A stretch of 64,000 nucleotides of DNA from Trypanosoma brucei. Lineage: Eukaryota. Each line of letters opens with the position of its first letter. Position 1 is the stretch's first letter. Below, piece after piece: positions 28,857 through 39,196 of the stretch. The notes under the pieces are model-generated. The model was not told the origin of the DNA, ran no database searches, and saw only the letters and a program-made list of their open reading frames with translations. Both the position numbers and the translations under genes were made by a program. The stretch lies in NCBI GenBank assembly GCA_000002445.1, contig CH464491.1, positions 3,040,001 to 3,104,000 on the forward strand. The letters run 5' to 3'.

Positions 28857-30008
28857 ATGCTCCGTCGTTTGGCCACTCATGGACTCCAAGCTACGTGCCT
28901 GACTTCGGAGAAGTTGGCGTACCGCTACTGCCTCAGCATTTGTGTCCCCACTATTGCCGAGTCCATCAGCAGTGGGAAGGTTGTGGGATGGACTAAGAAG
29001 GTTGGTGACGCTGTTGCCGAAGATGAGATTATTTGTCAAATTGAGTCGGACAAACTCAATGTGGATGTACGCGCCCCTGCCGCGGGTGTGATCACGAAGA
29101 TAAACTTCGAAGAGGGCACTGTTGTCGATGTTGGCGCCGAGCTTTCAACCATGAAGGAAGGTGAGGCCCCCGCCGCCAAGGCCGAAACAGCCGACAAACC
29201 GAAGCAGAATGCACCGGCGGCGGCAGCACCTCCCAAAGCTTCCCCAACTGAAGCCGCGCCAAAGCCAGCGCCCGCGGCTGCTCCCGTCACCTCACGTGGG
29301 GCGGACCCGCGCGTACGTAGCGTTCGCATCTCCTCCATGCGGCAGCGCATTGCGGATCGGCTGAAGGCAAGCCAGAACACGTGTGCCATGCTCACGACAT
29401 TCAACGAGATTGATATGACCCCTCTTATCGAGTTGCGCAATCGTTACAAGGATGATTTCTTCAAGAAGAACGGGGTGAAACTTGGATTCATGTCGCCATT
29501 CGTGAAGGCCTGTGCTATTGCACTTCAGGACGTTCCTATTGTCAACGCATCCTTCGGCACTGACTGCATCGAATACCACGACTACGTGGACATCAGTGTT
29601 GCCGTATCCACACCGAAAGGTCTTGTTGTGCCGGTCCTTCGTGACGTGCAGAACTCCAACTTTGCCCAAATTGAAAAGCAAATCGCAGACTTTGGTGAGC
29701 GCGCCCGCTCGAACAAGCTGACCATGGCGGAGATGACCGGTGGCACATTCACTATTAGCAACGGCGGCGTGTTTGGCTCGTGGATGGGGACACCTATCGT
29801 CAACCCACCACAGAGCGCTATTCTTGGTATGCACGCCACGAAGAAGAAGCCGTGGGTTGTGGGCAACTCCGTCGTCCCGCGTGACATAATGGCGGTTGCC
29901 CTCACGTACGATCACCGTCTCATCGACGGCAGTGACGCCGTAACATTTCTCGTTAAGGTGAAGAACCTCATTGAGGATCCCGCACGTATTGTGCTCGACC
30001 TCGCCTAA
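28857..30008 (+). CDS. Dihydrolipoamide succinyltransferase (2-oxoglutarate dehydrogenase E2 component), mitochondrial
   Basis: Single lipoyl domain with IESDKLNVDVRAPAAGVI, an Ala/Pro-rich linker, and a catalytic domain carrying DHRLIDG. N-terminal MLRRLATHG is presequence-like. The track start at 28833 is TTG; the first ATG is 28857. Confidence 0.8.
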   Translation: MLRRLATHGLQATCLTSEKLAYRYCLSICVPTIAESISSGKVVGWTKKVGDAVAEDEIICQIESDKLNVDVRAPAAGVITKINFEEGTVVDVGAELSTMKEGEAPAAKAETADKPKQNAPAAAAPPKASPTEAAPKPAPAAAPVTSRGADPRVRSVRISSMRQRIADRLKASQNTCAMLTTFNEIDMTPLIELRNRYKDDFFKKNGVKLGFMSPFVKACAIALQDVPIVNASFGTDCIEYHDYVDISVAVSTPKGLVVPVLRDVQNSNFAQIEKQIADFGERARSNKLTMAEMTGGTFTISNGGVFGSWMGTPIVNPPQSAILGMHATKKKPWVVGNSVVPRDIMAVALTYDHRLIDGSDAVTFLVKVKNLIEDPARIVLDLA

Positions 30009-30299
30009 ATTGACGCACTTTGTTTGGATAAGGTAAATAAGCAAAGGCATTTTCTTCTCCCCCCCCTATTGTTGTTGTTACTAATATGAATGGGGCGGTG
30101 GCGGTGGCGGGAGGAATTAAGGGGTATAAACTCAAGTGCGTGCACACGCCGGTGTGTCTGCAATGGAAGAGGAGAGAAAATAAATAAAATGAAATCAGAA
30201 GAATGATCACTGACACTCGTGAAGGTGATGTGTGTTTCAACATCGAGTGACCCAACGAACTATTTTATTTGTTGTTTTATTTTTCCCCGATACGATAGC

Positions 30300-31700
30300 G
30301 GTTTCTTATTTTAGTTTTACTTTACTTCAAATTCTTACTCTCTCTCTCTGTGGGTGTGTGTGTTTTTTACGAATGAGCGAATAGGGAGGAGGAGGAGGCG
30401 GGTGAAAGTTAGTGTAAGCAAGCAACAGCAAGAAAGAAATTTGGTTACACGGAGAACAACAGCACCAAAATAAAGACGTAACGATACTTTAAAAAAAAAA
30501 GAAAGGGAAGAAATTATTTAATTCCGATCGGGGGAAAAGAGGGAGGGAGGGAGGGGAGGGGGTGACAAGGTTAAGTAAGGGTGTAGCAGCACTTTATTTG
30601 TTGTGTATGTTTTAATATTCACATGAGCGCAAACGACGGGATATGTAGCAATTTTCTTTGAATAATAAAAAAAAAAGAGTGACCGCCATTTCCTCCTCCT
30701 CCTCCTGCCGCATCAATGAACGGATACGGGATGGGATATACGGTTTTTATTTATTTATTTTTTGGAGTACCTTTTTTTCTTTTTTCTTTGGTTTCTTTTT
30801 CCATCCTAAATATATATATATATATTTTTTGTATCGCTGGTGTTTCTTTCATCTGTTATCACTTCCCTCACCCACGACCCTCTGTTTCTTTTTTTTTGGT
30901 CCTTTCCGTGTCTGCAGCTGGGAACGAAAAGTAAAAAAACAAAACAAAAAGAAAGAAAGAAAGAGGAATGGATTGCGATGAACCGAAGGCTGCGGAGGAG
31001 TTGGGGCGGGTAGTGGAATGCGATTGGTAAAAGAAGATAATAAAATAAAAAAAAGAAAATATGAAACAAAACGAAGAAATGGAGAAAAATGCGGAATGAT
31101 GACTGCGGGGGTGGGGGCGCGTGCGTTCGTATGAGTTTCGTAACAGAACGAACTGAAAAACTAAGCAGAAAAAAGGAGGAGTAAATCAAAATGAGGAAGA
31201 AAAAAAATAATAACGCAGGATGGGGGGGGGGTGCAATGGGAAGGGGAAGAGTTTGACGCTGTGGAAGAAGAGGATCTCTTTTTCTTATTTTACGCCTTTG
31301 TTTTTTTTTCTTTTTTATCTTTCCGATTTTGTTACCTATCTCTTTTCAGTTTTTATTTCAGTTCACGTTTGGTTTTCCCCTTTGTTTATTTTTTTATTTT
31401 TTTCGTCTCGTGCGTCAAGCTGTGGTGGATTACCCGTCTGCTCGTTTTTATCCATTTTCCTTCCTCTTTTGCGTTTTCAGTGTTTCTGTTTCTGTTTTTT
31501 TTGTTTTTTTTCTCTTCGTGTTTTCCTCCTATTCCTCAATTACACGTGTTATCACTTCTTTACATGAAATTATTTCGTTTTTCTTTTCTCATTTTTTAAA
31601 AATCTTATTTCGGTGTGTTATTGTTTCGTTCTCCCTCTGTTATTTTCCTGTACATAACACTTGAAAAGACAAGTCACAGCGTGAAGGGGAGCAAAGAGCG
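30300..31700. repeat. Strand-asymmetric low-complexity spacer (purine-rich block followed by pyrimidine-rich block)
   Basis: 30350-31230 is dominated by A/G words (gggagggagggaggggaggggg, aaagaaagaaagaaag, poly-A). 31260-31660 is dominated by T/C words (tttcttttttatctttccgattttgttacc...). The layout is typical of a 3'UTR followed by polypyrimidine trans-splicing signals. Confidence 0.7.
30530..30563 (+). other. Canonical G-quadruplex motif (five G-tracts of at least three G's with 1-7 nt loops) on the transcribed strand
   Basis: gggggaaaagagggagggagggaggggagggggtg read directly. Confidence 0.6.
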
Positions 31701-31992
31701 AATTCAAGGGGGAAACTGAAACTTAAAAAAAAAGACAAAGAAAAGAAAAGGGAGAGGTGGCGAAGGTTGGGTAATATAAGGCGTTCGTTCCCACCTTTGA
31801 TGAGATAAGTTCACTTCCTCCTCAACATATTCCATTTTTCTGCGGATGCCAGTACATGACTCATTTCCTTTCTTTTTTACTTTAATTCCCACTTCTTGTG
31901 CCATATGTCATGATGTAACTTTGTTTCACCTGCGTGTCACCCTTTAAAATACATAAATAGGTTTACCCACATAAATAAGAGATACGCACCAA

Positions 31993-33480
31993 ATGGGCGG
32001 ACATAATGAAGAAGTGCGGATGCTCTCTAAGCAGGAGCTTCTCACGGAACACATTAAAGAACTGCAGAAGGACTACTCTATCAAACCACGTCTCGAGTAC
32101 ACAACCATCCGTGCAGTTAATGGACCGCTTGTGATTTTAGGGAACGTGCGGCTGCCGACATTTGCGGAGATTGTAAACATTGAGTTGGCTGACGGCACAT
32201 TGCGGCGCGGGCAGGTGCTGGAAGTGGACGGTGATAAGGCTGTTGTGCAGGTGTTTGAGGGAACCTCCGGTATTGACGTAATGCGCTCAAAGTGTGAGTT
32301 CACAGGGAAGGTGATGGAATTGGGCGTGAGTGAAGATATGCTGGGACGTGTCTTCAATGGCTCCGGCATTCCAATCGACGATGGGCCGCCGGTGTTAGCC
32401 GAGCAGTATCGCGATATTCAAGGTATTCCCATTAACCCACGCGCCCGTGTGTACCCGGAGGAAATGATTCAAACCGGTATTTCCTCCATTGATGTTATGA
32501 CTTCCATTTCGCGTGGGCAGAAAATTCCCCTCTTCTCCGGCGCTGGTCTTCCACACAATGAAATTGCGGCGCAGATCGTCCGCCAGGCCGGTTTGGTTCG
32601 CAGGGAAGGGAAACAGGAGGATTTTTGTATTGTGTTCGCGGCCATGGGTGTAAACCAGGAAACCGCTCGCTTCTTCCGCACCGAGTTCGAGGAGAACGGC
32701 TCTATGGAAAAAACCGTTCTGTTCATGAACTTGGCGAACGATCCCACCATTGAACGCATCGTCACGCCTCGCCTTGCTCTTACCACAGCGGAATATCTCG
32801 CGTATGACTGCGGGAAACACGTGCTAGTGATCCTCACTGACATGAGCTCGTATGCGGATGCCTTACGTGAGGTGTCTGCGGCGCGTGAGGAGGTCCCTGG
32901 CCGTCGTGGTTTCCCCGGTTACATGTACACAGATCTAGCATGCATTTATGAACGGGCCGGGCGTGTGCTGGGTCGTGCTGGATCCATTACACAAATACCA
33001 ATTCTCACCATGCCGAATGATGATATTACACATCCCATTCCTGACCTCACGGGGTACATCACAGAAGGGCAAATATACGTGGACCGCCAGTTGCATAACC
33101 GTCAGTTGTATCCTCCCATTAACATTTTGCCATCACTCAGCCGGCTGATGAAGAATGCCATTGGTGAGGGAATGACACGAAAGGATCACAGCGGAGTCAG
33201 CAATCAAATGTACGCCGCGTATGCCGTGAGTCGCGACATTTTGGCCATGAAGGCTGTTGTTGGTGAGGAGACGCTCAGCAGCGAAGATCTGCTGCATCTG
33301 GAGTTTCTGGAGAAGTTCGAGAAGAAGTTCATTTGCCAAGGTTTTTATGAGTCACGCGATGTGTTTCAGAGCTTGGACCTCTGCTGGCAGTTGCTCCGCA
33401 TTTTCCCGAAGGTGTTGCTCAACAAAATTGATGTGAAGACGAGAAATGAATTTTACGATCGTCAACCCGCCAACCGTTGA
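31993..33480 (+). CDS. Vacuolar-type H+-ATPase subunit B
   Basis: Near-perfect collinearity with V-ATPase B, for example [49 protein letters not shown]-like blocks and [14 protein letters not shown]. Confidence 0.9.
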   Translation: MGGHNEEVRMLSKQELLTEHIKELQKDYSIKPRLEYTTIRAVNGPLVILGNVRLPTFAEIVNIELADGTLRRGQVLEVDGDKAVVQVFEGTSGIDVMRSKCEFTGKVMELGVSEDMLGRVFNGSGIPIDDGPPVLAEQYRDIQGIPINPRARVYPEEMIQTGISSIDVMTSISRGQKIPLFSGAGLPHNEIAAQIVRQAGLVRREGKQEDFCIVFAAMGVNQETARFFRTEFEENGSMEKTVLFMNLANDPTIERIVTPRLALTTAEYLAYDCGKHVLVILTDMSSYADALREVSAAREEVPGRRGFPGYMYTDLACIYERAGRVLGRAGSITQIPILTMPNDDITHPIPDLTGYITEGQIYVDRQLHNRQLYPPINILPSLSRLMKNAIGEGMTRKDHSGVSNQMYAAYAVSRDILAMKAVVGEETLSSEDLLHLEFLEKFEKKFICQGFYESRDVFQSLDLCWQLLRIFPKVLLNKIDVKTRNEFYDRQPANR

Positions 33481-34846
33481 TTTGCTTCTCCTCCTCCTCG
33501 TTTTCCTCCCCTCTCCGCCCGAAGCAAAAGAAAAAAGCGAGGGAATCATGCAAAGCAAGAAAATGGAAGTAGGAGAAAGAAGTGGGGGAAAAAATGATAG
33601 GAGGCTGATGAGAAGAAAGAGAGGTGTTTGGTTGAAACTGCAGGCGTTGGGCACTGCATACGAAAAGGGAAGCTGGGGACAGTGGAACAACAACAACAAC
33701 AAAAATTATAGAAGAAGCAAAGGAAGGAAAGGAGAGGGAAATGCGTTAAGTTTGAGAACCAAACGGGTGAATGTGGAATCGGTGGGGGAAGAGGAGGAGG
33801 AGGAGGCGGTGGAGTTAAAGCAAGAAAAAACACAATTAAAAGGGGGAAGGAAACAGAAAACACATGAAAATTGCTTCATGTTGATTCATGCATACACGCA
33901 AGGAAAGAAAAGAAAGTCACGGAAGAAAGAGATGTACTCCGTGTGCATCTACGTTTGGGCGTCTGCGTTTACATGCTTGCAAGTGAAAGAAGACGTGAAT
34001 TAAGGAACAAAAGGAAGAGGGGGAGAATGTGTAGCAACGCCGACATTGAACCATTTACAAGGCACACCAATTCTCTTTTTTTGCTACTATTACTGTTATT
34101 TGCTACTGCTTTTGTTATCTCGCGGGGTTTGCTACCTCGCTTGCGTGTCTCTAGTTTTTTTTTTCATTTCTGCTTTCCCCGCTACCACCACGACCACGAC
34201 CAGCGCCAACTAGTTTCATCGAGACTGGCGTATGGGCAGTTCTGTCCCCACCGCCGTGAGACCAGTAAGTCCATTAATACATATGTCTCTGTGGATGCAT
34301 ATATGTGTCCGTGTATATCTGTCGGATTTTTGTAATTCATTTATGTTTCTCCGTATTTTTTTGTGGAAGGAGAGGGGAAGGAGGGTGAGGGGAGAGGGGC
34401 AGGGAGAAGCGTGAGAAAGGCTGATGGTGTGAGAAATGGTACGTGCCGCTTTTTCTTTTTTTTTTCTTTCCTCCTTCGTGACTGGTACGAGCTCCACTCA
34501 CTGCGTCATGCAGCTCATTCGACACTCTTTCTCTTCTTTCTCTTTTTTTCTTCTTTCTCTTACACTTAACTATTGGCTTCATCGGATTAAATCTGTTAAT
34601 GGAATGGACGTTGTTTTGCTCCGAAATGTGGAAACAAGTGGATGAAATTGAGTGCATTTCACCGAAAACACATTACGTAGTGAAAATAAGTTAACAACTA
34701 ACAAACATAACGAAGTAAGGTACATAAAGCTACGGGAGCGCTGCTATCGCCCTTCAAAAGGTTTACTCAGGATATACATATATATATATTGCCCAGCTAT
34801 ATATTTCACCTGAACAATTTCAGCTGGGTCACGCAGGAGGGTAGAC

Positions 34847-36604
34847 ATGCAAAACCAGGCTCCAGTGGCGCATCCAGTGCTGTCGGCGTCTATTCTCTTT
34901 GATATTGTTGTCTTCGCCGGTGGGAAGGCGCCAGGACTAAATCCTCTTTGTGATAATGAGCCCAAACCCATGCTTTGTATCTGCAACCGCCCAATGATAT
35001 GGTACTGCCTCTCACCATGGATAAAGGCCGGTTGTTCCACATTTTTTGTCTGCGTCAATGAGGATTATGCCGCACTGCAAAGTTACCTTTGCCGTGAGTT
35101 CCCCAAAGTAGCTTTTGTTTTTGTGTTAGTGCCTTTGACGCAAAACCAAACGCCAACGACAACATGTGATGTTGTGCGGGGTTATTTGAAGCACAAGGAA
35201 TCATTGAAGAGTGATCGTCTGAGCAAGCCACGAGACGCATTATTGCTCAGTTGCGACACCTTTCTTCCGGGGGTTGACGTGGAACACTTTATTCATAACT
35301 TTTATGCCTCAGTTGCATCCGTTTCGGTTCTATTGTTTCGTCCGATTTCAAGCAGCAACGGCAACAGTTGCGGAACGCAGCTAGGTCCAACGGCAAGGGG
35401 CAACAGTGCTTCAACGCCAGCAGGCAGTGGAAAAGGCAACAAAGGCAGCCAAGGGAGTGGAGCATGCGCTGCTAAGCCTTACACCCACCACTTTACGTGT
35501 GTAGCCTATGAAGAGAAAAGCGGAGATCACGTCCGTAACGACAATAACAATAACGGCAGTGCATTGTGCCCCGTTGCTAGTGGGGTTACAGAAAACTCAA
35601 ACAAGGGCTCCAATTGTGTGAGTCATCATCGACTTCATTTCATTTGCCCCCGCGAAGATGAACCTGAGCCTTGCATTAGTTTTGGTTTCGCGGCGCGAAG
35701 GCCCAACCTTACTTTTGCCGCTGACGTTGTGGACGTACACGCATACCTTGTGCGGAACTGGGTCCTTCATTACATGGCGGAGTCAACAGGGGAGGGAATG
35801 ACTGTACAGCGGGATTGCATTCCTTTCCTCGCCCGCAGCCAACACAGTACGGTGAATGTGGATCAGGGGGTTCTTTTGAGGCCCGACAACAAGTTGAAAT
35901 ACACTATTCCCAATCACTGGTTATTTGATGAGAGTTCCCCTGTACCTCTCCTTAATGGACGACGAGGCCCTGTTTTACCGGTGGAGGCGGATAATCTTCT
36001 GGTTTGTTGCACGATTTACGAGGAGGATGCGGCGATGCCCATGCGTGCGTTCCGTGCGAAGACAAGAAAAGATTTTGTAGCCCTCAACCACGACATATTG
36101 TTGAGTAAGTGCGAAGTTCTTGGCTTAGCGGAGGGAACCGGTGATCTCCGTAGCACTAAACAACAACACCAAGCTGAACGGCATCACCACCAAAAACAGA
36201 CGGCATCCAACCACAATTGTGAGACGGCAGTTGAGATGTTCCCTTCGTTACCGGCCAGCGCGTTGGCGCTCTGCAATTTGCTTCCCGACTCACCCATTAC
36301 AGTCGTGGTGAAGAATGAATCCTCGAGGGTTCACATCAAGTGTAGTTTCTTACGCTCAGCACCGGCAGGCAGTGCCTTCATCACCAGCAGCATCGTTGGG
36401 AGCAATGTGATATTGGGATCAAACGTGCGTATCACAAATAGCATTATTCTAGATAATGCGGAAATAGGGGCAAACTCAACAATTACGGGTTCCGTCATTG
36501 GATCCTCTGCAATGTTGAACCCAGGGATTCGCGTGGTGAACTGCGTTGTGGGACCGCAGTGTCTTGTGGAGTCTGATAAGAAAGATTCAGTCATCCGTGT
36601 TTGA
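34847..36604 (+). CDS. Translation initiation factor eIF2B gamma subunit
   Basis: The N-terminal nucleotidyltransferase-like fold VVFAGGKAPGLNPLCDNEPKPMLCICNRPMIWYCL matches eIF2B-gamma (recalled PKPLLPVGNKPLIWYPL). LLLSCDTFLPGVDVEHFIHNFYASVASVSVLLFR matches [34 protein letters not shown]. The C-terminus has hexapeptide repeats SIVGSNVILGSNVRITNSIILDNAEIGANSTITGSVIGSSA. Confidence 0.75.
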   Translation: MQNQAPVAHPVLSASILFDIVVFAGGKAPGLNPLCDNEPKPMLCICNRPMIWYCLSPWIKAGCSTFFVCVNEDYAALQSYLCREFPKVAFVFVLVPLTQNQTPTTTCDVVRGYLKHKESLKSDRLSKPRDALLLSCDTFLPGVDVEHFIHNFYASVASVSVLLFRPISSSNGNSCGTQLGPTARGNSASTPAGSGKGNKGSQGSGACAAKPYTHHFTCVAYEEKSGDHVRNDNNNNGSALCPVASGVTENSNKGSNCVSHHRLHFICPREDEPEPCISFGFAARRPNLTFAADVVDVHAYLVRNWVLHYMAESTGEGMTVQRDCIPFLARSQHSTVNVDQGVLLRPDNKLKYTIPNHWLFDESSPVPLLNGRRGPVLPVEADNLLVCCTIYEEDAAMPMRAFRAKTRKDFVALNHDILLSKCEVLGLAEGTGDLRSTKQQHQAERHHHQKQTASNHNCETAVEMFPSLPASALALCNLLPDSPITVVVKNESSRVHIKCSFLRSAPAGSAFITSSIVGSNVILGSNVRITNSIILDNAEIGANSTITGSVIGSSAMLNPGIRVVNCVVGPQCLVESDKKDSVIRV

Positions 36605-37281
36605 AGCTGCTATGTGTGAGGGAAATGTGAGAGAAAGGAGGGGGAAGTATATGCCCTTTCTACGAGTTTTCTTTCCTTTCGTTTATGGTGGGAAGTGATG
36701 ACAGACGATTAGGCTTTTTGCACTCATCGTGGAAGTGGGCGAAAACAAATAAGACAAGGACACCAACAAAAAATAAAATAAAATGAATGCAGCACATTGG
36801 AAGAGCAGGGCAAAGCTCAGGTTGTTTTTAGTGATGGTCGAGTTTATATATATATACATATATATATGTTGGGCGGTGGCGTAAAAAGAAGTTTTCATCA
36901 AGGTGGTTCACAGCTATGATTTTGGAGGAACGGAAACAAATGAACAAAACGGTCCGCTTGTTTGTGCGTGTTTCTCCATTATTCACTTGCGGTGGCTCTT
37001 GTGTTGTCGTCTTCTATACTGAATCTTGGCGTGATGCTTTCCCTCCCTTTTTAAAAAAATTTTTTACGTATATGTTAATTTGCCTCCCTCCTCTTACCTG
37101 TGCTCTTAAGGTAAGGGGACATGCGATGGATAAGTGCGTATTCAAACTCATGGCCTCAGCGGCGAAGTAATCTGCACCTTCTCATCTGCTTGTTTTTTTC
37201 TTTCCTTTTTTTTTTGCGGCAAAACATTAAAAGACCGCAATAACGGCAACGACAGTACATACATCGAATGGATATAGAAAA

Positions 37282-38307
37282 ATGACAGTCGCAAAGAAGT
37301 GTATGGTTGTTTTACAACACGGATCACACGGTACACACCTGGACTTGGCGTGTCTCTCGCAGTACCTAAAAGCGAAGGATCCCCGACTTATCGTGTGGGA
37401 GTCATATAAAAATGAAGGTATGCGCACAGATGATGGTGTGGTCCCTTGTGGAGAGCGACTTGCAGACAACTTAATTCGGGAAATCAAGGAATTATGCTCA
37501 ACACCAACGCAATCCGGGGGCGATGGCGGTCGTGAGAAGGTTGTTGTGCAGATGAGTTTCGTCTGTCACTCGATGGGTGGACTCATCGTGCGTGAGGCGC
37601 TCCCACGGGTTTGGGACAAAGTTGAATCCCAAAAAGGGAAACTCGAAATAGAGTGGAACATGTTTTGTACTATTGCCACACCTCACGGAGGAGTTTGTCA
37701 GATGGCTTCAACCTTACGGTATTATTTGGGTCGGTTGATCTCTTTCTTCTACTCTACTTCGTACCATGACATGTTTCTCGGGTCAGATGTCCTTACGGAT
37801 CGGTTATTATCACCAAAGCACTTGTCATGCCTCGCTGCCTTTAAGCGTCGCCTACTCGTTTCCAGCATAAACGACATCCTCGTGCCGTTGATGAGTAGCG
37901 GCTTTATGCTAACGCCTTCTCAACGCGGGTTACCAGGGGATATGCTGCGGGAGGAGCAAAAACAGCTCTGTGCCTTCAACGAAAGGGAAATGTACGACAA
38001 AATGCGGACAATCACGGAGATTCCAAAGGAGGAATGGCCTGCGAATAAGTTCCTAGCAGAGCGGCGCATTGCGAAAACTCTTGTACAGGCTGTGGGCAAT
38101 TTTGATTCTGTTGTTGTGGATTTGCGCTCCCCGAGGTTGGAGGAACTGTATGAAGACAGAAAGCGTAGAACAACGGCCTGGTATGGTGCGAACAAAAGGT
38201 CCCATCAAGCGATGGTGTGCAAACCCCCATTCGACACAGTGGAGGAAGCCTTCGGTTTTGTCTCTCACATGGTCGGAGACGAAGTGCTGGCAACTTTCCA
38301 GGAGTAG
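37282..38307 (+). CDS. DUF676-type putative serine esterase/lipase (alpha/beta hydrolase)
   Basis: VVLQHGSHGTHLD...SFVCHSMGGLIVREAL (GxSxG nucleophile elbow) ...TPHGG is typical of the FAM135/DUF676 family. Confidence 0.6.
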   Translation: MTVAKKCMVVLQHGSHGTHLDLACLSQYLKAKDPRLIVWESYKNEGMRTDDGVVPCGERLADNLIREIKELCSTPTQSGGDGGREKVVVQMSFVCHSMGGLIVREALPRVWDKVESQKGKLEIEWNMFCTIATPHGGVCQMASTLRYYLGRLISFFYSTSYHDMFLGSDVLTDRLLSPKHLSCLAAFKRRLLVSSINDILVPLMSSGFMLTPSQRGLPGDMLREEQKQLCAFNEREMYDKMRTITEIPKEEWPANKFLAERRIAKTLVQAVGNFDSVVVDLRSPRLEELYEDRKRRTTAWYGANKRSHQAMVCKPPFDTVEEAFGFVSHMVGDEVLATFQE

Positions 38308-38336
38308 AAGGGAAAGACGATGTTTCCCCTCCCCCC

Positions 38337-38338
<2 letters not shown>

Positions 38339-38366
<28 letters not shown>
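38339..38366. repeat. (CA)14 microsatellite
   Basis: gcacacacacacacacacacacacacacacttt immediately 3' of the DUF676 gene stop. Confidence 0.9.
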
Positions 38367-38369
<3 letters not shown>

Positions 38370-38477
38370 TCACCCAACTATTTTTAGTGTTAATGAGTTC
38401 ACCGTATTGGAAGGGTGCTGTGTTGACTTATCTGATGGTGTATTTACTGAACTAGGGGTATGGAGAAAAAAATACCT

Positions 38478-38501
38478 GTATATATATATATATATATATA
38501 C
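38478..38501. repeat. (TA)12 microsatellite
   Basis: ctgtatatatatatatatatatatacaatg, about 110 nt downstream of the (CA)n tract. Confidence 0.9.
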
Positions 38502-39196
38502 AATGCGTATGCATGTGTGTAGTTTCACTTCACCTTTTTGGGTGCGAATTAAATGTATAGATGGGCAGCCGGTCCGGTGTGTTTGAAACCAAACTCGTGT
38601 GGTATGCACCTTGTGGTGGTATTGGCGGTAGCGGAGGATTTCACGCTGTAAAAAAGAAAAAAAATAACAACAAATGGCGGGTGGCTTTTGGCAGTCGTGT
38701 TTGGGCAGACGCAAAACCATGCAAATGCATGTACTGCCACTCCGCGGCCCCCGTCGATACTGATGCCTGCAGGGATGAGGTGAAAAGTTGTTGCCACGAG
38801 GGGAACTTCCTCGTATCATTTGATTGTTCTGCGCCTTTGCTTTGTCTTTCCTCCCTTTTTTTTCTTGCTTTGTTGGATGCGGTATATCGCCGACTCGTCC
38901 ATTAGCCTGTGCTCCTTGATTGGCCCTATCCTGTTCGATTTTTTCCTTGTTTTCTGTGCCGAGGATGCCGAAGCGGGTTTTTTTTTACCACAACCTTTAC
39001 TTTCAGTTCCTCCCCCCTTCTCATATTTGTTCTCAATCTCCTGCTGATGCGTTGTTAGCAATACTCTTACTGTTTCCACTATCGTTTCTTTTGTTTTTCA
39101 TACGAACACACTTATCAACGCGTCCACTTTGGCAAATACGCGTGTATATTTATATTGTTCTTGCTTACGTGTGAATGCAATACTCGAAGAAAAGGG

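Noticed and set aside
29292-30050. 252-aa minus-strand ORF, the longest antisense ORF in the window
   Set aside because: It lies entirely antisense to the well-conserved dihydrolipoamide succinyltransferase CDS. The translation has no recognisable motif and a biased composition. It is a typical shadow ORF of a GC-rich coding strand.
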